This document shows positions 47,003 to 59,341 of a stretch of DNA of 64,000 nt, one piece after another (position 1 is the first letter of the stretch; every line of letters starts with the position of its first letter). A program made the position numbers and the translations under genes. Source of the stretch: Macrostomum lignano (Eukaryota); the NCBI GenBank assembly GCA_002269645.1, contig NIVC01000754.1, positions 372,001-436,000 of the forward strand, given 5' to 3'. The notes beneath the pieces are model-generated. The model was given only the letters and a program-made list of their open reading frames with translations. It had not been told where the DNA came from and made no database searches.

Positions 47003-49546
47003 TCACACGAAACCATCCAACTTTGAGTAAATCTTCAATCGTTCAACCGAAGCTTGAACAGACTGTTTCAACTGGGATCCCTCCGGGTGCACATCCGGGC
47101 ACAGGCAGGTGAGCACAGACTCAGCCCAGGCAGCAGGAGTGAGCAGGCAGCCGCTGAACAGGCGACAGACCTTTGCCAGGCACAACGGGCACAGCTCCAG
47201 AGGCTGGGTGAGCGCGGCCGCCATGGACTCGCTGCCGTTCATGTTGCAGGCGAAGCAGCAGCAGTGGTCCAGGCCCAGCAGGTGGCCCAGCTCGTGGCTC
47301 AGCACCTTGCGCACCCGCCAGTCGGCGCTGGTCAGCGGGTTGCCGCCGGCTCCGTCCGATTCTCCGTCGTCAAGGACGCCATCGTTGATAGGCGCCGAGG
47401 AGCCTCGGCCGAAGCACACCACCGCCGCTTTGTGCATCGCCGATGACTGGCCGAGAATGAAGGCGCCGTTCTGTCCAGGCCCCAGCATGTCCGGCCCGGG
47501 GTACAGGTCCGTGTGGCACACGCCCACCTGGACTGAGGCACCGGTTGCTGCGGTGGCGGTAGGGTGATGCAGCAGCAGGCAGCGGAGCAACGAGCCCGCT
47601 TCGAAGCGAATGGAGCCTTTGATCTCCTGGGTAAGAAGCGGTGCTTGGGGAATTTAATTTGTGTGAGCAGCTCGGGATCTGCGAGGCTGGCCCAGTAACT
47701 GAGGATCTGCGAGGCTGGCCTAGCAACTGAGGATCTGCGAGGCTGGCCTAGCAACTGAGGATCTGCGAGGCTGGCCTAGCAACTGAGGATCTGGGAGGCT
47801 GGCCTAGCAACTGAGGATCTGCGAGGCTGGCCCAGCAACTGGGGATCTGCGAGGTGGCCCAGCAACTGAGGATCTGGGAGGCTGGCCCAGCAACTGGGGA
47901 TCTGCGAGGCTGGCCTAGCAACTGAGTATCTGGAAGGCTGGCCCAGCAACTGGGGATCTGGGAGGCTGGCCCAGCAACTGACACTCTGGGAGGCTTGCCC
48001 AGCAACTGAGGATCTGGGAGACTGGCCAAGCAACTGAGGATCTGGGAGGCTTGCCCAGCAACTGAGGATCTGGGAGGCTTGCCCAGCAACTGAGGATCCG
48101 GGAGGCTTGCCTAGCAGCTGAGGATCTGGTAATCAAGCAGACACAACCGCACCCTGCGAACAACATCGTCCCGCGCAGCAAGAAAGCCGCACTCGGGCTG
48201 CAGCTGCAGGTCCAGGCAGGGAAAATAGGCCCTCAGGTAGGGCATGGCGTCCCTCAGGGCGGCCGAGAGCCGAGGCGGCAGCGGCTCCAGCTGGCGAATC
48301 AGGACAACCCGCTTGGCGCCTGACGAATCCGGGTTGAACCAGCTCAGCAGGTGGTTGAGCTGCATGCTCACCTGCGGGATTGATATTGATTAGAGAAATG
48401 GGGTGAGATTGATTAGATGGGAAAAGGGGTGAGATTAATTAAGAAATGGGGTGAGATTGATGGGAAATGGGGTGAGATTGATGGGGAAATGGGTGAGATT
48501 GATGGGGAAATGGGTGAGATTGATGGGAAAAGGTGAAATTGATTAAGAAATGGGGTGAGATCGATAGGGAAATAGGTGAGGTTGATGGGAAAAGGTGAAA
48601 TTGATTAAGAAATGGGGTGAGATCGATAGGGAAATAGGTGAGGTTGATGGGGAAATGGGTGAGATTGATGGGAAAAGGTGAGATTAATTAAGAAATGGGG
48701 TGAGATTGATGGGGAAATTGGTGAGATTGATTAGAGAAATGGGGTGAGATTGATTAGAGAAATGGGGTGAGATTGATTAGAGAAATGGGGTGAGATTGAT
48801 TAGAGAAATGGGGTGAGATTGATTAGAGAAATGGGGTGAGATTGATTAGAGAAATGGGGTGAGATTGATTAGAGAAATGGGGTGAGATTGATTAGAGAAA
48901 TGGGGTGAGATTGATTAGAGAAATGGGGTGAGATTGATTAGAGAAATGGGGTGAGATTGATTAGAGAAATGGGGTGAGATTGATTAGAGAAATGGGGTGA
49001 GATTGATTAGAGAAATGGGGTGAGATTGATTAGAGAAATGGGGTGAGATTGATTAGAGAAATGGGGTGGATTGATTGAGAAATGGGGTGAGATTGATTAG
49101 AGCAATGGGTGAGATTGATTAGAGCAATGGGTGAGATTGATTAGAGCAATGGGTGAGATTGATTAGAGCAATGGGTGAGATTGATTAGAGAAATGGGGTG
49201 AGATTGATTGGGAAATGGGGTGAGATTGATTGGGAAATGGGGTAAGATTGATAGTGTAATAGGGTGAGATTGATTGGAACGTGAGATGAGATTGATAGTT
49301 TTGTCTCACCTTCCACCGACTGTAGGACTGCATTCTGCGCAGCTCAGCACTGGCTGGCTTCAGCTGCACAGCCAATGAGCTATCGGCAAGCAACCGCCTG
49401 AGTTCAGCCTCATCCTCAGGCTGATCTTCATTTGAGCTCCCAGCCGCCAACAGCCAGCGATGAAATCGGTGCGGCTCCAAACGCAGCAGGGACCGATTGG
49501 ATCGATAAAAGCCGTCCCTGGGACAGCAACTGCCGCAGCTGGGCAT
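47003..49546 (-). CDS. Archaemetzincin-like zinc metallopeptidase
   Basis: Exons 49546(start uncertain)-49310, 48371-48153, 47626-47003, phase 0. HELGHLLGLDHCCCFACNMNG...LELCPLC matches the archaemetzincin HExxHxxGxxHC-x-C-x-M...CxxC signature; also HTDLYPG. Confidence 0.85.
48385..49300. repeat. ~22-bp minisatellite (gagattgattagagaaatggggt)
   Basis: Array in archaemetzincin intron 1. Confidence 0.95.
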
Positions 49547-49664
49547 GCAATCAAATTCTGGCACTGAATTACCCGCGTTTTGATTGGCATGAAAGCGACA
49601 GTTGACTAAATGGTTTGGTCTGACTGGCTGGGGCAACACTTAGCCACTACTGATCTGTCATTCT

Positions 49665-50345
49665 CTAGAACAACTCTGATTGGCTAAGGCATCTCTTCGC
49701 CACTTCTACCCCTAGGAGAAATCCGATTGGCTAAGGCATCACTTCGCCACCTTTACCCCTAGGACAACTCTGATTGGCTAAGGCATCGCTCCGCCACTTC
49801 TAGCCCTAGGGCAACTCTGATTGGCTAAGGCATCACTTCGCCACATTTACCCCTAGGACAACTCTGATTGGCTAAGGCATCACTTCGCCACCTTTACCCC
49901 TAGGACAACTCTGATTGGCTAAGGCATCACTCCGCCACTTCTACCCCTAGGTCAACTCTGATTGGCTAAGGCATCACTTCGCCACTTCTACTCCTAGGAC
50001 AACTCTGATTGGCTAAGGCATCACTTCGCCAGTTCTACCCATAGGACAGCTCTGATTGGCTAAGACATCACTTCGCCACTTCTACCCCTAGGACAACTCT
50101 GATTGGCTAAGGCATCACTTCGCCACATTTACCCCTAGGACAACAATGATTGGCTAAGGCACCACTTCGCCACCTTTACCCCTAGGACAACTCTGATTGG
50201 CTAAGGCATCACTTCGCCACTTCTACCCCTAGGACAACTCTGATTGGCTAAAGCATCACTTCGCCACCTTTACCCCTAGGACAACTCTGATTGGCTAAGG
50301 CATCACTTCGACACTTTTACCCCTAGGACAACTCTGATTTGACTT
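49665..50345. repeat. 47-bp tandem repeat, each unit carrying a CCAAT box
   Basis: Unit ggacaactctgattggctaaggcatcacttcgccac(t/c)t(c/t)tacccta, about 14 copies; the minus strand reads TTAGCCAATCAGAG. Confidence 0.93.
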
Positions 50346-51319
50346 AAATTATCCAATGCCTACTGCTCAGTCTAGCACTAGAAGACAGCTCTGACTTGCC
50401 GCGAGTGTCATAGTGGATGAAATTACTCAGTCACAAGGAGACGTAACGGTGTCAAATTATCGATGAGAACATATTAATTCGGGGGCACAATAAACGAATC
50501 AATCAAACTTTAAATCAAAGCTGTTTTACTGTAAGATTTTTATTTGCATTTAGTTTTGCTGTTTAAAAAATCTCAATAAATTAGTGACCTACTTAAAGTA
50601 GCAAGTGCAAGACAAGAAAATTCAATGAAAATTTACTAATGTCTTTCTAAGAAAACAGAAGTGACAGCGTAAAAAGGGATTAATATTTATTTACAAAGCT
50701 AGCGAAGGTGCGCCAAATAAGCAGAAGCAAAACAACAGAAAAGCATAATTTGACTTGGCTAAATTTGTCTATCAAGCGATAACAATTTTTACAAGCACTC
50801 AAATTTGGAGTAGTTTAAGAGAAATAAGTAAATTAACAACAGCGGTCTAAAAGACTAGATATTCATTTGGTTATTAAATAAAATATTACTTTATATTAGG
50901 TGCGCCCGGAATACAGCAGAGATAACAAAGGAAATATTTTGTTCATAAATAATACAAGCGGACACACATGCATCAGAATAAGGGAACAGTAACAATAAGA
51001 AAAAGTTTGCATTGTTCTCAAAGGAAATTTATTCTCTCGCTTACAATCAAGCAGTGTTCGGGTTACTTAATTTATTAAAACTGCTGCATTTGTTCAACAC
51101 GAAAAAACAATAATTGCATTTTTAATTCATAGATAACAGTCATAAATTAGCTGTGCCGATTGCAGTGGGTACAAAACTAACTGAGACAGGGGTTGGTAGC
51201 AAGTGTCGCAAATAGGTGCAGTGCAGAGTCAATTTGCATTTAATACAGGTCACAGGGTGCGCCTTGTACGACTGCGGAAAGCATTGTGTAGCTGGGTTGG
51301 TGAGGGGGCGGGCACAGAC

Positions 51320-51443
51320 AGATACTAAGACAGGCACTAAGACAGACAGACAAAGACAGAAAGACAGGCAGCACAGCACAGAAAGACGGATACTAAGACA
51401 GACAGACAGACAGACAGGCAGACAGAAAGACAGACAGACATTA

Positions 51444-51480
<37 letters not shown>

Positions 51481-51579
51481 GGCAGACAGAAAGACAGACA
51501 GACATTAAGAGAGACATACAGACAGACAGTAAGACAGACAGACAGACAGACGGACAGAAAGACAGACAGACAAACAGGC

Positions 51580-51624
<45 letters not shown>

Positions 51625-51631
51625 CACACAC

Positions 51632-51669
<38 letters not shown>

Positions 51670-51693
51670 TCTCTGACAGTAAGACAGACAGGC

Positions 51694-51742
<49 letters not shown>

Positions 51743-51745
51743 CAC

Positions 51746-51783
<38 letters not shown>

Positions 51784-51825
51784 TCTCTGACAGTAAGACA
51801 GACAGGCAGACAGACAGACAGAAAC
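51320..51825. repeat. (GACA)n microsatellite
   Basis: Direct inspection. Confidence 0.95.
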
Positions 51826-52055
51826 AAAAACTTTAGCCTGTTTAAAAGAGAATAAACAAAAGTTTATACTAATTGAAACCAACAAAGCAGAGCAAAGCAG
51901 AGTGCTTAACCAGCGAGCGCTGCAGTGACATCATAAGAGAAAATCAATCATATAAAAAATGAATCATTTTTACTGCCAAATTAGGCCAACCCAAGCCGTC
52001 TGTCCATAGTGAAGAAAGTTTTCCAATGGCCACTCACTAGGCAAGTACATTATTG

Positions 52056-55000
52056 TCAGCAAGAAGTTTCATCCAGCGACGCAAATGCGGGATTGTCGCT
52101 GGAAGCTGACGCGCTGTTGTGCTCGCGCCGATGCAGATGGCCGTGCTGATGCCGCAGCCTGTGGTACTGGGCAACGTTGAAGTCGTCTTCTTGATTGTCA
52201 GAGCCGTCTGGCTGCTTCTCTGCTTCTTCTCCTTCTTGTTGCCTCCGTTCGTTGTCGTCATTGTCGAAATTCTCCGGCACGGAGACAACTACGGGAGGCG
52301 ATCTCGGTCGGCTGTCTTCATCTAGCGGCTGCTCAGTCGAAGCGGCAGCTCTGGCTAGCAGAGGCCCGCGACTTTCGTCAATGTCGGCCATTTCGGTGGC
52401 AGACTGGGAGACGCCTAGCAGGGTCTGCTGGGTGTTCACGTTAGTCAGGTGCGAGCTGTCAGCAGGCAGGGTGCTCAAAGGTATTGCGCTGCTGCCGCAG
52501 GGGCCTTTATCATCCTGAGAAACACGAAGTTGTGGCGTTCTGATGCTTAACGTTTCTTAGAGAAGGTTGCAGAAGCTGATGTACATTGGGGCAGAGAGTT
52601 AGTGAGGTATTGGGCCTAGATATACCTTGGTGCAGAGAGTTACATGTAGTAGGGTGGTTGAGCTAAATCTACATTGGGGCAGAGAGTTTGTGGGTGCTGG
52701 AGCTAGATGTACATTGGGGCAGAGCTAGTGGGCGGTGGAGCTAGATGTACATTGGGGGGGAGAGTTGGTGAGGTGGTGGCGCTAGATGAACATTGGAGCA
52801 GAGAGTTGGTGAGGTGGTGGAGCTAGATGTACATTGGGGCAGAGAGTTAGTGAGGGTGGACCTAGATGTACATTGGGGCAGAGAGTTAGTGAGGGTGGAC
52901 CTAGATGTACATTGGGGCAGAGAGTTAGTGAGGGTGGACCTAGATGTACATTGGGGCAGAGAGTTAGTGAGGTGGTGGACCTAGATGTACATTGGGGCAG
53001 AGAGTTAGTGAGGTGGTGGAGCTAGATGAACATTGGAGCAGAGAGTTGGTGAGGTGGTGGAGCTAGATGTACATTGGGGGCAGAGAGTGAAGCGTACACT
53101 CACCATGCCGTCAGGCCTGCTTCGATTAATAGTCTGCCCGCTGCCGCTTGCAGTAGTGCCGCCGCCGCCGCTGGCGCCGCCGCCGCCGCTGGCGCCGCCG
53201 CCGCCACCGCACACGGACACGAGAAACAGGCGAACCAGCCGCCTGTAGTGAGCACCCCTGCCCAGGTACACAACAGGTTTGAGCAGCAGGCACACAACAA
53301 ACAGGAAATTGGATACCACATAGAACAGCAGCTCCAGCTGAGTTCTAGCCGCTGGGCCGTGGGATCTGACAATGTGAAATACCAAATTGGGGAATCTGCA
53401 GACAAACACGAGGCCTCCAATCATGGCTACAATGTCGGCATTGACCGCCTCCTGTCTCAGCGTCCGGTCACGCTTCCGGTCGTCTGACAGAGCTTGACTG
53501 CGTCTGCTCGACGCTGCTCTTGCGTTACCTTCGCCGCTGCCTCCGCCGCGGTTCCTACTGGTGTTCTTGCTCACCATGTACTTGTCCAGCCGCTTGTACA
53601 GGCGGAAACAGGTGAACCCACCGATGGTGAGGTAGGGAATGAAGAGCTCGATTGGTACCTGTATAGATTTCAGTGAGGATACGGATATAATGATACTGTT
53701 CTCTCAGATTGAAAGTGATGCACTCAAGGGGGGGCATAGAAAGCTTTATGTAGAGGCAGGTCCGATACAATCAGGACAGAAAACTTCAGGTTCAATACAT
53801 TCAGGACAGAAAACTTCAGGTTCAATATACATTCAGGACAGAAAGATTCAGGTGCGATAGATTCAGGATGACAGAAAACTTCAGGTGCGGTAGATTCAGA
53901 ATGACAGAAAACTTCAGGTCCGATAGATTCAGAATGACAGAAAACTTCAGGTCCGATAGATTCAGAATGACAGAAAACTTCAGGTCCGATAGATTCAGAA
54001 TGACAGAAAACTTCAGGTCCGATATATTCAGAATGACAGAAAACTTCAGGTGCGATAGATTCAGAATGACAGAAAACTTCAGGTCCGATAGATTCAGAAT
54101 GACAGAAAACTTCAGGTGCGGTAGATTCAGAATGACAGAAAACTTCAGGTGCGATAGATTCAGAATGACAGAAAACTTCAGGTGCGATAGATTCAGAATG
54201 ACAGAAAACTTCAGGTGCGATAGATTCAGAATGACAGAAAACTTCAGGTCCGATAGATTCAGAATGACAGAAAACTTCAGGTGCGATAGATTCAGAATGA
54301 CAGAAAACTTCAGGTGCGATAGATTCAGGAGGACAGAAAACTTCAGGTCCGATAGATTCAGGAAACAAGCACCCTAACCATCAAGCTGCTCACACGCTCA
54401 CCTTGAGCAGCTGATCCTCAATCTTCTGAAAGGTGCTATCAGCTCCCAGCTGGGTGAGACGCAGGGCCCGCCTGCCCTGGCTGTCGCTGTGGAACCAGTA
54501 GCGAAACATCTTGGGCATTGAGTACAGCAGTAGGGCCCCCGCCAAACTGCTCACGGTTGGCAGTACAAATTTGATTTTATTCAATCCGCACCTGTGCTGC
54601 ACAAAGAGCACTATCAACAGGTACATACTGACTAGGTCAACCCATTCTAACAGGGGCTGGCCAATGGAGGCCAGGTACACGGTGAAGTTGTGGTACACCT
54701 GGCGCTGGACCGCCGCATCGCCGGGCAGGAAGTGAGTCACCGGCAGAAGCCCCAGCAGCAGGCAGGCGCAGGCGTCGAACAGGCACATGGCCGACAGGTA
54801 AAGCGAGGTGGCCGACCGTACCGACCTGAGGGACATTTTCATGGGGTTGAGTCCAGTTTTAAATGCACATTTCCGCCGACCCCTCAGGCCTGAGCACGCT
54901 TAAAACCATAAGAAATTGACACTGGCTAATATTACTAAAACAGTCCCCAAGTTAATGCGAAGGCGCAACAGATTGGACACAAAGACAGACAGGCGGACAC

Positions 55001-55148
55001 ATTCACACAGACAGACACATAGACAGACAGACAGACAGATACAGACAGACAGGCAGACACAGACAGGCAGAGACAGACAGACAGACAGGCAGAGACAGAC
55101 AGACAGACACAGACAGACAGACAGACAGGCAGAGACAGACAGACAGAC

Positions 55149-55183
<35 letters not shown>

Positions 55184-55236
55184 CAGACAGACAGACAGGC
55201 AGAGACAGACAGACAGGCAGAGACAGACAGACAGAC

Positions 55237-55267
<31 letters not shown>

Positions 55268-55270
55268 GGC

Positions 55271-55305
<35 letters not shown>

Positions 55306-55334
55306 GGCAGAGACAGACAGACAGACAGACAGAC

Positions 55335-55427
<93 letters not shown>

Positions 55428-57837
55428 AAGACACAGACAGGCAGACACAGACAGACAGACACACAGACAGACAGACAGACAGACACACAGACAGACAGGC
55501 AGACACAGACAGACAGACAGGCAGAGACAGACAGACAGACACAGACAGACATACCTGAAGCGGAACAGGGCCAGGAACACCAGCTGAGAGAACAGCGCGG
55601 CCAGGCACAGCACCAAGCCGAAGGGTCCAAGCAGCTGATGGCCCAGCGCAGCGGTTCTGTCGCTGCTGCACATGTAGGCATCGTAGCAGAGAACTCCAGC
55701 ACCGGCTGGCTGGGCGGTGGCAAACTCGGGTGCCGAGGTGGTGGCGGCAGAGGCTCTGAGCTGGCTATCGATGCAGGCGTTGATGCTGTGAAGGCAGTCC
55801 AAGTTGACGCCGCTGCCGCCGCCTGCAGCGCTGGGGCCGTTGGCAGAGTAAGCCGCGGTGGTGAAGTTCGCTCCGCTGCTGGCGAGGTTGCTGCAGGAAA
55901 CGCGTTGGATTGGTAGTGAGGGGTGAGTCAGCAGAGAGGTGGGTTCTTGTGTATTTAGGGGATCTACCCTGTAATTCAGTAGGAGCATCCACCTTATCTT
56001 CAGTAAGAGTAGGTTTGAGCATCCACCTTATCTTCAGTAAGAGTAGGTTTGAGCATCCACCTTATCTTCAGTAAGAGTAGGTTTGAGCATCCACCTTATC
56101 TTCAGTAAGAGTAGGTTTGAGCATCCACCTTATCTTCAGTAAGAGTAGGTTTGAGCATCCACCTTATCTTCAGTAAGAGTAGGTTTGAGCATCCACCTTA
56201 TCTTCAGTAAGAGTAGGTTTGAGCATCCACCTTATCTTCAGTAAGAGTAGGTTTAAGCATCTACCTGATCTTCAGTAAGAGTAGGTTTGAGCATCCACCT
56301 TATCTTCAGTAAGAGTAGGTTTGAGCATCTACCTGATCTTTAGTAAGAGTAGGTTTGAGCATCCACCTTATCTTCAGTAAGAGTAGGTTTGAGCATCTAC
56401 CTGATCTTTAGTAAGAGTAGGTTTGAGCATCTACCTGATCTTCAGTAAGAGTAGGTTTGAGCATCCACCTTATCTTCAGTAAGAGTAGGTTTGAGCATCC
56501 ACCTTATCTTCAGTAAGAGTAGGTTTGAGCATCTACCTGATCTTCAGTAAGAGTAGGTTTGAGCATCTACCTGATCTTTAGTAAGAGTAGGTTTGAGCAT
56601 CCACCTTATCTTCAGTAAGAGTAGGTTTGAGCATCTATATGATCTACAGTAAAAGGTTTTAGTATCTACCTGACCTTCAGTAAGAGTAGGTTTGAACATC
56701 TACCTGATCTTCAGTAAGAGTAGGATTCAGCATCTGCCTGACCTTCAGTAAGAGTGGATTTGAGCGTCTACCTGCCCTTCAGTAAAAGTAGATTTGAGCG
56801 TCTACCTGCCTTTCAGTAAGAGTGGATTTGAGCATCTACCTGACCTTCAGTAAGAGTGGATTTGAGCATCTACCTGACCTTCAGTAAGAGTGGATTTGAG
56901 CATCTACCTGCCTTTCAGTAAGAGTGGATTTGAGCATCTACCTGACCTTCAGTAAGAGTGGATTTGAGCATCTACCTGACCTTTAGTAAGAGTGGATTTG
57001 AGCATCTACCTGACCTTCAGTAAGAGTGGATTTGAGCATCTACCTGACCTTCCTGTCAAAAACTTAACCGTGACAAGAATCGCTATGAGTCACGAGCGCA
57101 TCGTGTGTGAGTTGCAGAATTGTGAAATAGTCGCGAAAATGTCATTCAAGAGTCGTTGTGTTAGTGCTTAACTTTCTACTAACTCAAGTAGACTAAATAG
57201 AGTTGTTATACGCGTAAATGCAAGATGCGATTCCAAATCATAAATTGACGCAGATGTGCTTTAGACGCAACTTAGTGATTCTAGCACGCCTCAGATATTA
57301 CTCTACGGCCCCAGAGTCGCAAACAATACGACGCAAGTGACTCAGGAACAGTTCTTGGCCTGGGTACCGATTTCCACGGACTTCAGTAAGAGTAGGTTCG
57401 AGCATCGACTCCATCTACTCAGCCCAGTGCCCCACAAAGTACTCGTACGAGAACACCTACGCGGCAACGGTGGTGGCAGCCGCAGCCACAGTGGAAGCCG
57501 CGGTGGATGTACCGCCACTCGAGCCCTCCGGCTGCGACACAGCGGCAGCGGCAGCCTGAGTAAACGCTGTATTGGTTGCTGAGGTGACCAACGATCTGGC
57601 AGTAGTATATGCGGTAGCAGTAGTACTTGGCTGTTGTATTGTAGTCGAAGGAACGGTAGTTGATTCCAAGGACAGATAATCTGCACACGCTTTGGAGTAG
57701 ATCCTAGGGACAATGCCAGTGCGACAAAATTTCAGATAGCTGGAGAACAGGCGCTTGCCTGCTTCCTTCTGCTCATCTGTCAGATTGTCGTAGTTTTCGT
57801 TAGTAAAATCTGACATTGTAACCTTTGGAGTAGGCAT
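52056..57837 (-). CDS. Class A (rhodopsin-like) GPCR, peptide-receptor-like, with long Ser/Thr-rich N-terminus
   Basis: Phase-consistent exons 57837-57461, 55890-55555, 54825-54402, 53658-53104, 52514-52056. Seven hydrophobic segments; TM1-TM2 FRFR|[19 protein letters not shown]4 [11 protein letters not shown]5 [10 protein letters not shown]6 [10 protein letters not shown]7 LKPVVY. Start codon uncertain. Confidence 0.8.
52575..53090. repeat. 39-bp minisatellite (ctagatgtacattggggcagagagttagtgagggtggac)
   Basis: Array in the last GPCR intron. Confidence 0.9.
53760..54365. repeat. 33-bp minisatellite (gatagattcagaatgacagaaaacttcaggt(g/c)c)
   Basis: About 18 units in a GPCR intron. Confidence 0.95.
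54985..55550. repeat. (GACA)n microsatellite
   Basis: GPCR intron. Confidence 0.95.
55980..57052. repeat. 34-bp minisatellite (gagcatccaccttatcttcagtaagagtaggttt)
   Basis: About 31 units with a sequence gradient along the array, in the first GPCR intron. Confidence 0.96.
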
Positions 57838-57984
57838 GATTGGCCTGTGAGTCTAGGGCTGTCTCTGAAATAGCAAGTAGTGGAAACCAGTTAACTCCAA
57901 CTCCAACTCCAACTCCAGATTTACTAATATTGTGACTGCATTCTAGCAGATAATCTGGAAGATATTTGGATCTAGATATGTAGG

Positions 57985-58415
57985 TGAGTGTACATTGGGG
58001 CAGAGATTGCGGGCTGGGGGTTGGCTGGCTCGTCGGCAGTGAGTGTACATTGGGGCAGAGATTGCGGGCTGGTCGGCAGCGAGTGTACATTGGGGCAGAG
58101 ATTGCGGGCTGGGGGTTGGCTGGCTGGTCGGCAGCGAGTGTACATTGGGGCAGAGATTGCGGGCTGGTCGGCAGCGAGTGTACATTGGGGCAGAGATTGC
58201 GGGCTGGTCGGCAGCGAGTGTACATTGGGGCAGAGATTGCGGGCTGGGGATTGGCTGGCTGGTAGGCAGCGAGTGTACATTGGGGCAGAGATTGCGGGCT
58301 GGTCGGCAGCGAGTGTACATTGGGGCAGAGATTGCGGGCTGGGGATTGGCTGGCTGGTAGGCAGCGAGTGTACATTGGGGCAGAGATTGCGGGCTGGTCG
58401 GCAGCGAGTGTACCT
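57985..58415. repeat. Composite minisatellite (gagtgtacattggggcagagattgcgggctggtcggcagc)
   Basis: About 9 units upstream of the GPCR start. Confidence 0.9.
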
Positions 58416-59183
58416 TGAATATATCATTTGTCTTACGATTACGATTCCTGAACTGATAACATAATTTAATATAAATAATGCAGGCAAAATTAGTATATTT
58501 AAAGAGAACATAAGCAAAAACAGAGTATTTTCTAGGAAAACACAATAACATCAGTTGCAACGCATCTTCAGTACGTCTTTTTTCCACAGCTTCTGTAAAA
58601 ATAAATCTTTTTGGGCATAAAAACAAAGTACAAATAAGAGCGAACGCAACGATCAATCAGCAATATTAGTTATCAACTGGACAGGATAGAACTGAGCCAA
58701 ATGCTTGCGATTTTACAGAAAGCAGACACATAAGTAATATCAGATAGCTGGAGCTAGCTCAAGATATACACAACATTGGTCTGATTATGTGCAGACAGAC
58801 AAACCAAAGCTGATATACTTCGAGAAGCTGAATTATATATTTAAATGTTAAATCTTTAATGTGTTTGATTATTATAATTGTTCGATTAGCGGTTGTTTAG
58901 ATCTTGATTAAAGACGGAAGTAGCAATTAAGGCACAAAAATACGGCTATAAAAATGCAAAATATTGTTGCCTAGAAAAAAAGTTCTTAATTTATTTTAAA
59001 CTGATATAAATATATATTAATAGGAACACGTACAGTCGCTGTCAAAAATTTGCGACCTCATAAAGAACACTAATAAATGGATAAACAGACACAGATACAG
59101 ATAGACACAAACGGCCGGATACGGTGCACGCAGACCGACGGATCAGAAAGACTCGCTAACAGAGACAGACAGCCGAATAGAAA

Positions 59184-59340
<157 letters not shown>

Positions 59341-59341
59341 G

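Noticed and set aside
51140-55723. CLSV/TDRQ repeat ORFs and a candidate TM exon at 54900-54975
   Set aside because: These are (GACA)n microsatellite translations. The GPCR frame joins 55555 directly to 54825 in phase 2 without that segment.
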